Source of the DNA: Raillietiella orientalis
Taxonomy: Eukaryota
DNA length: 64,000 nt
Direction: 5' to 3'
Assembly: GCA_036172245.1 (NCBI GenBank)
Contig: JAYWIR010000001.1
Location: 10,478,001 to 10,542,000 of the forward strand
Shown here: positions 50,881 through 62,970 of the stretch, one piece after another
Layout of the letters: every line of letters starts with the position of its first letter
Position numbering within the stretch: the stretch's first letter is position 1
Translations under genes and position numbers: made by a program
Notes under the pieces: generated by a model
Told to the model about the DNA's origin: nothing
Database searches by the model: none
What the model saw: only the letters and a program-made list of their open reading frames with translations

Positions 50881-53264
50881 CCTTTTCCGTTGCCATACCC
50901 AACCGCCAGGACTCGAGGCGCTCGGTTTCCAGTAGCTCCGCAGCCGATCTGAGCAAGCAGCTTGTGGAACTCTGGATGGCTGTCCTGCAATCCATCTTGA
51001 GATCACAAGTTTCACTGCCTGGCCCTCTGCCTACTGGAGCAAGGAAGTGGGAAGACAATTAAGGACAGCAGAGCTCTAGCGTGTGAATAGAAAATGCCTG
51101 GAAGACCAATGTTTCCCAAATTAGAGCGTGGTCATTCCCTGAGATGACTGTCTGTCAACAAGGGGTGCTCCTGCGGGCCCCGTGTTGCCCATGTCCTCCC
51201 ACATGACTGAACGAGCCTTGTTCGTAGAGGAGTTTCCTTGCTTGGGAGCCACTTCAGTTCCCTCCGGGCATCGATTTTTGCTAGAGGCAACTCTTTTGCA
51301 GAAGAAGCCAGTGCACCCTTGCTCCTCTCGATGGAAGAACTTCCTGCTAAATTAGCATCCTCTCTTCTAAACTTCGCTTCGTAGTGAGCATCATTTCCGT
51401 GCTCACTTGATGCCGACTGGAAGATCTGAAATCTCATGTTCTCCCCGTTTATGGATGCGTGCCTTCCAAGGTACCCTCCGAGGAAGGATATTTCAACTGT
51501 TCCTGTTTGCGAAATGGGATGACTTTGCTCAGACGCCATTCCAGACGCACCGCTTGCTCCATTTCTCTGTAGCAGGTCATCGAAAAAAATGCTTTTAAAT
51601 CTGTAGGATGGATTCCTCCCGCAGATTGGGAAGCTGGAAGCTACGCTTTCGTTTCTTTCTGTCCTTTTTTTTCCTCGGTATCCGATGTCCTCACATTCAC
51701 GTCTGGTAGATCAGTTTCCACACTTCCTTTGATTGAATTTATAAAAAAAAAAAAGAAGTACAAGGGGGAGAATTCGAAAGATGCTAAAAGTATAGACGGT
51801 TTCGCTATTTCTGTTTATTGAACATGTCGGAGGGGAATCAAACGCAAGGAGAAGAATGGACCCATTTTCATTGCTTGCGTCTTCACGAGAATGGGGAACC
51901 GAGGCGCGGAGTACCAGCTCCAGTCAGCTCAGCTCCTCGGTTGCGATCGGATGGATGAGGAATGTCGCAAACTAAGAAACATGCAAATGTGGTCCGCGCA
52001 GGGAGACGGTACGATTCGAAGTGCTACTGAGGATGGAGGATTAGATCGAGCGAGAGAGCAAAAATGCCAAGGCAAGCACCATTTCGAAATGGAAAGCCAC
52101 TCTGACGATCCTAGGAAGGGCGGGGTGGCAAGAGATGAACTCATGGGAAGGCTGAGTACACTAGATATGCATGGCAACGGCGTTCTGCTATTCTGAGAGA
52201 AAATCGCGCTCGGTAGGAAGGACGGAAATGTAAGGAAGAGAAGGAGACACTGAAAGCAGGGAGGAGAGGAAAGTGAATCTTGCAAATTTCGAATCAAGGC
52301 AACAAAGGGTTCGAGAATGTCCTCGAAAAGCCCTCGAGCAGTGTTTGATCGGATTTTCTGTAGCATTTTGTAGCGGGCAACTCGCAGTGATCGGGAAGTT
52401 GCCCTGGCGCGGCGCAAGACGTCTCAAGCAGATAATTTATCGCCAGAGTTGCTGCTGATTCCTGGAATTCTAGATAGCTAAGAAGATGCAGCTTCATGAA
52501 TCTATTACCAGGAGGCAAGAGCCACGATGTTCGGAGGCTAGGCATCTGAGGCCTCTCATTAACGCCTCGTCCCAATCTCTGGAGTTGATTCCACCGAAAG
52601 CGAGGACACTTCCAGAAGGGAAGAACTTAATTTAATTATCAGAATGGCGCTCGATCCTTGATCTGCCTTTCAATCCCTGCACTGCACTGCTGCGAGTACA
52701 GCTTTGTAGTTTGGGAGCTGCCGGTAGGTCAGTCAGTCGAACCGTCACCCATGAGTGCACACGATGGAATCCGACTCCGGAAGAGGCAAAGTTTCCTCGC
52801 AGGGAGTCGAGACGAAGTGGCTGTGCGAACAGAAACTTTTGCCAAAACTCCCGCCGGCGGAAAGTGTGGAAAAAGCATGACCTCATGCGGGATCGCTTTG
52901 GGTGCTTCGAGGTGAAGGGAGGATGGAGATCAAGCGCGGCCGCAGGCACCGTGCCTTCGGGTAGGTAGCGAAATGTTGAAACGCTCGTGAAACGGCATCT
53001 TTTCCGTTCGTGATGCCGGACGTCTTGCAGAGCCGGAACGGTGGAGCACCGCGCATGTAACCGAAGCAATAATTTTCAGCCAAGATCTGGCGTCTGCCGA
53101 TGAAGTACCAGCGGAGCAAGGCAAGACAATGTCGCGGCGTCTTTTTTATTCTCATCAGTTCGTTTACCGGAAAATTCTTGGGGAAGAGGAAACCTTTGCT
53201 GCTCATGCGATGAGCGTCCCGCAATGCATGTGCCCTCGCTGGAGGTCGTGCGAATGCAGACCCC

Positions 53265-53732
53265 ACCCGTGATGCCGAGCGTTGCTGCTCTCGAATCCCC
53301 CCCGCAAGATGATGCTGGTCGGCCTTAGAGGCTTCAGGTGCGGCACTGGTGAAATCCGAATCCCCCGTTGGCCGGCTGAGATTATGAGTTGATCTTCGGG
53401 ATCCTTCCAGGAACCAAGGAGCCCTGGTTGCCTATCACTCTCGGGTTGTGAAAATAGAGCCGTACCATCGAGCTGGTTGATACCCCCTTCGTGGGGTTGC
53501 CTTTCCAAAATGTCAGAAGCGCGCTGCTCCTTTCAACGAGCGTCCCTTCGGGGTCCTCTTCAGAAGTATAACAAGGAGCGGTTTTTTTCCTTGAGAGTTC
53601 CCCCCGCTGAAGAAATTCCAGGAGCTGATCCTTTCCAGATTCCCATCGGAGAAGAACTGAGGAGCGGCTCTTTCTAAGGGGTCCCTCCGGAGAGAATAAG
53701 GAAGAGGTTTCTCCAGAGACAACCAGGGCGAA
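53265..53732 (+). mobile_element. SINE-like copy 8 (head plus partial body)
   Basis: Degenerate head GCGTTGCTGCTCTCGAATCCC at ~53279-53300, followed by reverse-oriented body motifs. Confidence 0.75.
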
Positions 53733-54349
53733 CCACATGAATGGTGCCAGCAAAATGTAGCCCTTCTTCATTTCCTACGAGGGGCATGTCGCGAGTGGTC
53801 CTCAGAAACTCCTGAATGCTACTCATCATCACACATGCAGCTCTCTTCCGAGGTAAAAGATAGCTTTCACGAATTATGCCCAGTTCTTAGATTTCCCAAT
53901 GCTCAAGTCATCTTCGACTGCAGCAAGAAGGCAGGGAACAGTGGGATTCCAGGTTTTCGCAGCAGCCCTCTGTCACCGTTTCCTTCTAGAGGAGAGCTCG
54001 TTTCGGTGCGTGGCGCGCTTCAGTTCTTCATTGGATCTCTCCTCAAGTGACGAAAGCGGAAATGATTGAAGTGAGATGGAAACACGGAACGTACTGCACT
54101 GCGAAGTTTCTCTGAGTTGACCTTGGAGTCTCTCCAGTGGCCGCGAGGTTGAGCGCTTCTTTTTCTTCCGCCCCCACAGAGGAACAGTGTCATTCCGCCC
54201 CTCAATCCGGTCCCACCGACAAAGCAAGAAGACGAAGGACGCGAAAACCTTTCAGAGGAACAGTCTGCTCTCGACAGAGCGGGACAGCTCCCGCTGACCG
54301 AGCTGAGACTCTCACCCGCCATGGAGCAGCCTCAGATCGTGGAGCCAGA

Positions 54350-54540
54350 GCACATCTTTCCTCTCTGCTCTTCCATTTCTCTGCAGAAAGAGGTAACAGT
54401 CAGTACCAGAAGATGGCACCAGTGTTTAATGACGGCTTAACGAGCTCGTTACAATTACGCACGTAACTAATCTTGGAAAATCAATTTCATGGATGGTAGC
54501 AGCTCGCAATCTGCAGCGCCATCTCCGGAGAAATGATGCA
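54350..54540 (+). pseudogene. Possible BED zinc-finger remnant of a hAT element
   Basis: SLLFHF ... GKSIS...RNLQRHLRR (cf. SxVWxHF...TSNLxRHL). The Cys residues are not preserved. Confidence 0.25.
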
Positions 54541-55189
54541 GTCAGCGACACGGCTGCAACACTGAAGCGTCGGCAGACTGAAGACATTCTCACGTTTCGT
54601 CTGCGATTCCTCCTTCGGAAAAAGAGTGGGGCGGACACATTAAGGCCAGTTTACTCCTCTGCGGGAGATGAGGGAGGTGAAAGATCAGAAACCACGCCAC
54701 GAGCATCATCATCCCGATAGATTTTATTAATGATTGTTCTCAAATTGAATCACGAATAGTCCAGAGTCTGGATTGCGTCTTGGGCCGGAGTGCTGATGAT
54801 GCGAGGTGCCGAAACCGTTTGAGGAGGGAAGAGAGAGGACCGTCCGATGGTTCACTCCAGTGTAGGATACAGATCCTGGCATGTGATGATGCCGTCACGG
54901 AGCGTCTCGGAGGTGGCCCCCTGCTAGCAAGAAGGCTCGTAGATTGCAGCTGGGGGGAGAAACTCTCAGTCGTTAGGCAAGCGGAGAAGAACTCGCGAGG
55001 AATCCCATCCGGGAAACGACCATTCCGCTGACGGATCTCACACAAAGGCACCGCTCTCGGGCCGAAGAATCGCGTCAGATGGAAGCAGGTAGTCAAACAG
55101 AAAGAAGTCGGAAGAAAAAGGAAGAAATGAGGGGGAGGAAGGGGGAACAGAAGTAAAAAGAAGACACTTGGGAGTCTGTGAGCAAGATG

Positions 55190-55470
55190 AGCACATGCGT
55201 CCCACAATTCGGTGACTTGAAGGGATACTGGTATCCAGGTCCTAAGAGCACCCTCTTTTGGAACCGCCTACGGAACTTGGATGATATGACACCCACTGGA
55301 TGGTGGACGAAGTATCGAGAGCTCGCCACTTGGGTGTGGAATCGGCGCCCTCCTACTTGCGAGGGCAGCCAGCCGGCTCACCAGGGGATGCTCGGCAACA
55401 TGAGGTCGGTGTTTGCCTCTGGTCATCTGCCGGCCGACGACTCGGGGGTGGCAGCGTACGGATGAATCCC
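55190..55470 (+). mobile_element. Probable LINE ORF1 remnant
   Basis: PQFGDLK ... SYLRGQP ... SGHLPAD. Confidence 0.45.
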
Positions 55471-55999
55471 CGTTCTCCACGATCCGCACTCGAAGATGAG
55501 CTCCTCTTCCCCCGCTCCCTGTCCCTTCCCCTCCCATGAGCTCCGACTCCCAGGACGGACTGCGTAGGCGGTCGGCAACTTCCCTAAGAGTGGGGGAAGG
55601 GGGCGGGAAATACAGGAATCCAGGTTGTTGCTCACGTTCTTTTCCTTCCTTGGAATGCGCATCGAGTCATCATTTCTCCTGCGGTTCTGTCGATCAAGCG
55701 CCGTCACCGGCCTTCCTTGATGACCCTTCTTCCGAGGAAAGGACGTTGAAAAATGAACCCCCATCCGGGTGGTGGGATTCGACCTGGTCCACAAAAGCCT
55801 TCACTTTGCTTCCTGCGCAACGGATCGCTGAGTAGTTTTTTTTTCCCTCGAGCCCTGCAGCCTCCTTTTCGGGTACTTTCTTTTTTATTTTTTTTGTTGC
55901 CTCTGAGCTCCTTGATGCGGCCGCCGGGAAAAGAAAACTGCTGCAACTCTTCTGTTCCGCTGCTTTTGCTCCCGCCCTCTCCCGCATCCTAGGTCTTCC

Positions 56000-56560
56000 G
56001 TGAAGAATCTTCCAGATGAGACAAATTGCTCTCGGGTTCCGATGGGGATTACTTGATTCATCACGCGCTATCTTTCCTGAGGAACAATTATCCCGCTTGC
56101 TCTCGAGATATCTTCCCTTGCATCTCATCTGGAATGCGGAAATCCTAATTCACGTCCCGGATGCATCTGGGAGTGAACGTCTGTCGCTGCCTGACTCCCG
56201 TTGCGACCGTCGGGAACTGCCGCACGACACTTTCGGGTCGCTTGGCTGACGTCATCGCGGCAGCGCCGCCTCGAACGTTCCCCCGCGACCTTTGCGAGAA
56301 GCCCCCTCCGTGTTCTTTTCTGTCGATCCCCTGCTTCCCTGTGCTCGATTGAATCGGGGGAGGGGGAGAGGGGGCATTCGGAGGACTCGCCAGAGATCAC
56401 CTGCGGCATTCGTGCGAGCGTCGCAAGTGCACCACCAGAGTTCTTCGGCCGGCAGCCAAAAGCCGTGCGTTCGTTTCCTCGTTAGGATTCGGAGTCCAGC
56501 CTGGTCCCCGTCCAGCTTCCTCGCGGACAGAACCTGAGGCGTCAGATCAGCGAGCAGGCT
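56000..56560 (-). mobile_element. Probable LINE AP-endonuclease remnant
   Basis: TDVHSQMHPGRELGF ... ESKRDN (cf. DxWRxxHP...FT...SRIDY). Confidence 0.45.
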
Positions 56561-56979
56561 GAAGCTTCCGTTTTGCCCGTTCGGCGGTATCCGTGGAAAG
56601 AATGTGCTTCTTCAGCCGCAGAGAAGGGTGTGGTGCAGGGAGCAAACGTGTCCTTCAATTCTTCTTGAAGCATCCGTTGTGCATCAGCTGGGAGCTGAAC
56701 AGAAACCTCTGCGGAATGCTTCAGATCAGAGGCCTAGAATTAGTTTCCTGTTTTTCTCCCAGATCCTAGAGCGGGAAGCAATAAACGCCTCAGTGGTTGT
56801 AGTGGGTACGTCTGCACCGAAGGGATGCAAAAGAGGGAAACATCTTTGCTGAGACTCCATCTCGGAGAACGAAGCAACGCGATCCTAGAAGACCACTGGA
56901 TTTCTGAACGACCCGGAAATCCGAGAAGCGACGGTTTATGCACCTGCCTAGAAGCGCACGCAGGTGCAGCAAAGAGAAG

Positions 56980-57900
56980 TCGCCTGGGTGCGCCGGGGCG
57001 TTTATTTGTTAAAAGAATAAACATTTGCAATTGCTCGTGGTAGGACTAGTGGTCCAACCACGCCCATTTCAAAGGGAGCCTGTCGGGTGGCCGATACGCA
57101 GACCGGTGGGTTTCGCCCAGGCAGCAGAGGGGAAGAGGCAGACAAAAAGAAAAAAAAAGTAAATAAATGAACTTAGGAGGGTGTGAGAGGGTTGCCAGGG
57201 GTGGTTCTCTACGTCCTTTTGGGGATGCTGGCGAGTTCACACTGCGTATGATCCAGGTGGGATCATCTTGCTGCCATCCTCAGGAAGCAGATGGCAAACT
57301 ACCACCGCTACCACCTTCCAAGCGTCCCCCTGGCAACGACAGCGCCAGTCGATGCAGAAAACGAGAACAGTGGTCAGTGTCGCAGTTTGATAGGGCAGCT
57401 CAATGCCTTCCCACGGAAGTACGTCTTGGACTTCGCCCTGCTGGCTGCCATGGCCAACTCTCCACGATGACGACGGCGGCGGCGGCGGCTGGGCTCAGAA
57501 ATCGCCACCGGGAAAGAAAGATGCGCCTGCATTGGCGCACGGCCCTCGAATCTTCCTGCTCCTTGCCGCGTGATCTTCTCAGTCAGGTGCATCTCAGTGA
57601 ACCCGCGGCAGGACAGAAGCAACGGCCGCCACATCACCTCATCCTCCCCACCCTTTCCTGCGTCAAGGGTTCCTTGACCTCTTTGAATGGCTGTCCCTTC
57701 CCTTGCTTTCGTCTCTTCGCTCTGTCCTTTCATGCATCTATCCCACTCCGCCTATTCTTCCACCCCTCCGCATCTCAGCCAGCCGCGTCGAGCTCTCGGG
57801 AGCAATCAGGGATGGCTTTGGGGGAGTTTTCCTTCAGAATCGGTACGCCCTCGCTCTGTTTCAAAGGTCCAGCGCAGCACTGTTAGGTCAGTTGCCTGAG
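56980..57900 (-). mobile_element. Internally deleted LINE: RT N-terminal remnant joined to a structured 3' end
   Basis: GKGGEDEVMWRPLLLS (cf. KGD..NWRPISLL). Structured element 57037-57124, terminus AATAAACGCCCCGGCGCACCCAGG (minus). Confidence 0.7.
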
Positions 57901-58799
57901 GGCAAATGACTCCGGCGGAAATTTGCGTCTTCCTTCACTGCAGGTCTCGTCCTGTACGATTGAATGGCTTTATGAGCCATGTGGTCTCCCAAACAGAGGA
58001 GGGGAAAGGAGGGGGAAGGAGGTGCTCTGCGACTGTCTCTCCTGTCCTTCGGTTAGTAGGCTTTTCAGGACATCCATGGCTTCCTCTTCTTTAAAGTCGC
58101 TCAAGAAGAGTATCTTTCGCTGCTTGGACAGGTGGTCTTGAGGGTCTCACCGAAGTGGTCGAAGCGCATTCTAAGCTCCGCTCCGCAAAGGACGACAGGT
58201 GCTTAGTGATTACAAGATTCTCATCGCTTGAAGTAGCCTGTGGCTGGCGAGCAGGATGGTCAGCGGGAACGTGAGAAGCGCCTCCTCTCATATTGTTCAG
58301 CTTCTCGTTCCTGATCTTCCGCACCAGGTCCTCCACGTCCACGGTGCAGATATCTCGGTCTTCGGGCTTTGCTTCTTGCCCCTCTTCTTGGTGGACAGGA
58401 GTCCCACCGCCATTTTGAGAGGCGAAGACATCGAGGAAGGACTCTTGGGAGTCATCGTCTTTAGTGGGGTCTTACCTGGAACCCTTAGTCCCGTTCTATG
58501 GATACTCTAAACATTCAGCATCCACCAGAGCAGGAGAAGCATGGACAAAACGAACGCACCATGAGCGCTCAGAGCATTTTCGCCCAGTTGCTTCAAGGCG
58601 TTTCAAAATAAATGACACAAACCAGGCCATGTGAATTGAGTTGAATCCACTGGGTTGTTGGAGAATTACTGGTGGCCACTGGCTCCCAAGACGGTTACAT
58701 TGAAGGGTGGGGAAGATGTGTTGCAGGGGACAATAGATGAAGAAATAAAAAGGAGGAAGGGGCGGGTCATTGGTCAACCCACTGCAAGTCCTTTTACCT

Positions 58800-59450
58800 G
58801 CGCACGACGCTGGCGACGCTATCCTTCATCCTGGCATCAGTCAAAGGGCATTTTGCTACGTTGCCGCAGAATTGAGGCAGATTATCTTCCTGCCTTGCTG
58901 TAGAGTCTCCTGCACGTTCCAAAACTCTACGTTCCCCTTGACGCAGCACAAAATTGAAGGGGGTGGGCCATTGGGGAAGCAGGAGGAAGTCCATTTCACG
59001 CGTAGTAATACCGCAAAAGCTCCTCTGGGATGCCTTCAGATTGAAGTGAAGTGAGAGAAGGGAGCGGAGGTGAACCACACAAGCGAGCGAGGGCCGGAAA
59101 TGAGGAGGCGGGAGGCGACATCTTTGCTCACAGCTTCGTACAGCACGCGGTACCAAAAGTCTGTCTCCTTCGTGAAGGAGGCCAAGCTCGGGAAACGGTG
59201 GGCCGTTTCCCTGGAGCTATGAGGGCAGCACCCGAAGATGGTGGTACGTCCTTCTCAAAGAGCAGGATCTGCATCCGAGACGCCCTAATTATCGCCTCAG
59301 AAAATCCATGGAGCGAAAACCCCATTTTCCGGACTGTCTGCCTTCCATCCCTGCATCCAGGGCCTACAAATCGCTTCCAGCAAAGCCTCGCAGGAACAAG
59401 AAGGGAGGCAAAATTTGAACGCAACTCTCCCAGGTAGTGGATTCTTTGAG
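58800..59450 (-). pseudogene. Possible decayed Mutator-like transposase
   Basis: MDF/EAIIRA (cf. MxDFExAxxxA), LRSLLSLHF (cf. RxLxALAF), ELLRYYY, VEFWNVQE (cf. WNV). Confidence 0.4.
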
Positions 59451-59711
59451 ATGCTCCAAGTGATGATGGGACCTGCGTGATTCGCTGCCAAAAGAACGTT
59501 TCCGGCTTCCACATCTTGCTTTGATGCCGCCCTTCTGACTCCATCTGGCACACAGGAATGATTAGAAGAGGGAGACTAAAAAAACCGCTCAAAAAGTGTC
59601 TGAAAGGATAAATGTGTTTATTGTTTTTCTTGTAAGGGCATCAGCGACTGGAGTTTCCTGCTCCGAGATGCGGAAACCCATCCAGGGTCGTGCAGAGTAT
59701 GAGGGAGGTGT

Positions 59712-60140
59712 GGTGGCTTGACTAGCGGACGTTCTGGGGAGTTTATTTATATGAAATAAACATAGAATTCGGTGGCAGGGTGCTTGGTCTTACCACGTCA
59801 CGGATGTACAAATAGGAACCTGCCGAGAACCGTCACGCAGGCAGGCGAGGTTCGGCTCGTCAGCAGAGGGGAGGGGACCAGGGGGGCTGAGGATAAAAAT
59901 AAAACAAAAAAAAAATGTCGCAGAAAAGGAGAAAAGGTTGGCCCTCCCCTTGACAAGGGAGGCGGTCTGGCTGGTTGTATGAATCCGTTCTGGACTCAGA
60001 CCTTCCTACGCTACCAGAAGATGACCTCCTCACCTTCTTCCAGCAGCTCCGGCGGGCACGTACTCGGAAATCGCGAGGAACTTTCTTGCTTTGAGAAAGG
60101 TGAATTTACCAGCGAGGGAGGCTGCCTCGCTCTGCGCTGA
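59712..60140 (-). mobile_element. LINE 3' end fragment
   Basis: Structured element at 59772-59864, with AATAAACTCCCCAG downstream on the minus strand. Confidence 0.7.
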
Positions 60141-60269
60141 GACCGGGACTTCTTCGCTTCGATTCCCATGTAGGCGATTCCTTTTCATGATTGGTCGGCT
60201 TTTCTAATCGAAGGTCCATACTATGGAAATCCTTTTGGGTGCTCCTGCCTCGCTGTTTCCTCTCCAGCT

Positions 60270-61812
60270 TTTGTTTTTTGTCTTGTTTTTTTCATAAATG
60301 TGGAAGAACCCTTCGCCTAGGGGTTCACGAAGTTCTTTAGCACTGTTCACGCCCCCCGAGGGTGTGTGTAACTCTTCAAGTCAGCTATAAGGAAACAACC
60401 CCATGAATCCAGGAAGGCCCCAAGAGAAGGAAGTTCTTTCCTCTTACGATTGAGGGACTCCTTCGGCGGAGTGACCTGCTTGTGTAATTCGCGAAAAACT
60501 CGCGGTCTCTTCCCTTTGCGTAGACACCTCCGTGTTCCCGCCACGCTGGAAACCGCAGGATGTTCTGCTGTTTCTGCACTGGGGATTCCAGTGCAATCAA
60601 CGCACACATCAGGTTTCCGGGGGAAAGTGGCGTCTCCGAACTGTTCCAGGTGCGGCACGATGGAATCTCTCCTGCACCTCTTGTTGGACTCAAGAGCCCT
60701 CGACGATTTGTGGCGGACTCCCTTCGGCGCTCCGTCGACCTCAGCACACTGCAACGGACTTGCTGCGGCGATTTTTCACCGGAGGCGGGCTGAAGAAGAG
60801 CGCTGAGATCGCAACGAGATCCTGCATCCGCGCCATAGTATGGCAGTCCGTCACTTGTTGGAGTCAGGTTTGCGGCGGATGAAGGCCGCCAGCGTGGCAC
60901 CCGCCTTCATGAGTATGGCTGCAAGATGGCCTCATCTGCCAGAAGAAGCCATCAGAGAGATCGCCACTATCCAGAGTCGCTTCTAAAGAGGAAGGAACGT
61001 CTCACACCACAGACTCCTCACCTCCCCCCTCCCATCGTCCATCTTTTTTTGTTTATTCATTGTCCTCTCCGTCCATTCCCTACTTTTGAGAAGCTGGCCT
61101 GCGTGCCGGTGGTTATCCCGAAGGAACTGTTTTTGGGTGGCGACATTTCTCGTTCTTTGTGTGGACACCTCCCTCTGAATTGTAGTTTGGTTTAGTTTGT
61201 TTTTTGGGAGATAAAGGTCCCGGTGTGACCGGAAAAGACCATCTTACGCATGACAGGGAACCCCGAAGGAAACCCTCGCCCTAGTTGTCTTCGAAAGGAA
61301 CTCCAAAGACAACCTCCTCCTTATTCTCTCCGGAGGTAACTTTCCGGGAGGGGCAACTCCTCATTTCTCACCAGGAGGGACCCTCTGAAAAGGATCCGCT
61401 CCTGGAATTCTTTTTCCAGGAGGCACCTGCAAGGAACCACTCCTTGTTTCTTCCACTGAAGAGAACTCAGAAGGGACTCTACCTAATTTCTCTGAAGGGT
61501 GCTCCCCGAAGGGAGCGTTGCGCTTCTGACACTCTGGAGAGGCAACTCTTCGAGGGGGGTGTCAACCAGCTCCATGGTAACGGCTCCATCTTCCCGACAG
61601 GAAGGGAGGAGGCGCTCCTTGATTCTTGAAATGACTCCAGAGAATCAGCTTCCAATACTGGCCAGTCAACGGGGGCACTCGGTTTCCGGCTGCTTCCACC
61701 AGTGCCGCACCCGAAGCCTGCAGGCCAACCAGGGTCATCCTGCAAAGACCCACTGGCGGGATTCGAGCTCGCAAGGCGCGGATACCACAGTTGCACGGCC
61801 GTTAACTGGGGT
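60270..61812 (-). mobile_element. SINE-like copy 9, split by a LINE (subfamily B, + strand, 60463-61241)
   Basis: Body stops after TCTTACGATTGAGGGA (60442-) and resumes at TCTTACGCATGACAGGGA (61242-). Degenerate B box GGGATTCGAGCTC at ~61758-61770. Confidence 0.8.
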
Positions 61813-61999
61813 TCTATTAGCTGCCTCACTCCACTGATCTACAAACGAAAGAGAGGAAATCCATTTCAAAGGCAGCAGCTCTATCAGGGAAAGCAAGTCA
61901 CCCACTCTACTGTTCGATGGCACTTCCATAACCCGAGAAGGGCGATACGAGACTCCCGGGAAAGACACAACGAGTCCCCTTAAACAACGCTCTCCGTTC

Positions 62000-62970
62000 C
62001 CGTTCATCTCCCAGGATCACCTGGGAGACCCCGTTCCTCTCCCAGGAGGCAGGCATGGGCTGCATGTAGGGACGCAAGAGACCTCTCTACCCATGCTGTT
62101 GGCTGGCTCCTTCCTGGCTCAAAGGCTCCAACTTCCCCTCTTGCCTTCCTAGGACGGATCTGCCCGTGTCGAGGTACCCTCCCCATATTGATGGGAGTGC
62201 TCCTCGTCCCTGAGGTTGCGGAAATTGAATTCCGATCGGAAACTCGATTGGAAACGGAGACCCGATGCTCCAAGAGTTTCCTACCCGGAGTCACCTCCTC
62301 CCCCCGGCAGACTTTATCGTGCTTTCGCCGTCTCATCAAAATTTGATGCGCCTCCCTCGAGAGGCCTTAAGGAGCAAGAAGCAACCGTGCAAGAAGAAAC
62401 TTCCTTCCACATACATCCGTTGCTACACTCAACTGATTTATTTCCGTCGAGGAACTTCCACGCGAGGACGTCCGCGTCCACTGGAACTTTTTTGAGCACT
62501 TTTGCAGAGTTTTCCTTTCTTTTCTAAAAGAAAAAAAAAAAGATCTCTGCCTGCTTCTGGATTGCTCTCCCGTGACGCAATTTAAAAAAATTAAAAGGAA
62601 GAGAGTCCCCGTTTGACCCTTGGTTAACATCCCTTTCCGCTGCAGGGTTCAGGGAATGCCTTCACTTCCCCGCTCCACGTACGACGATGGTCTTCCTCCG
62701 TACTTCGAAGGATGCCCAGCTTGTTCTCCCCATATGGAAAAAAGGCCACTGCAGATCCCTCCCGCGTTGCCTGCGAAATCCGACTTCAGGCTTCCGCCAT
62801 TCGTTCTTTGGACGCAAATTCACGGGGTGGTAGAGATCGCAATAACGACGTGCTTCTTCCAGAGAGAGGAAAACACTGTGCCCCTTGCAGGGCATGGACG
62901 ACATCGGAATCCTGGAGACCTGGAGTTCATAAAGGGAGATCCTGGAATCTGAACAGGATTCCACCTGCGA
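62000..62970 (-). mobile_element. Probable LINE ORF1 remnants (two pieces)
   Basis: LQVSRIP..RRYCDL..SFEVRRKTIVVRGAG (62662..62964) and SGTRSTPINMG..RSQPTAW..LHAAHAC (62004..62339). Confidence 0.4.

Larger units (their letters stand above)
49895..61087. repeat. 625 bp near-identical direct duplication (49895-50519 and 60463-61087)
   Basis: Identical ORFs 49992..50225 and 60560..60793 at a constant offset of 10568. About four substitutions seen by eye. Confidence 0.97.
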
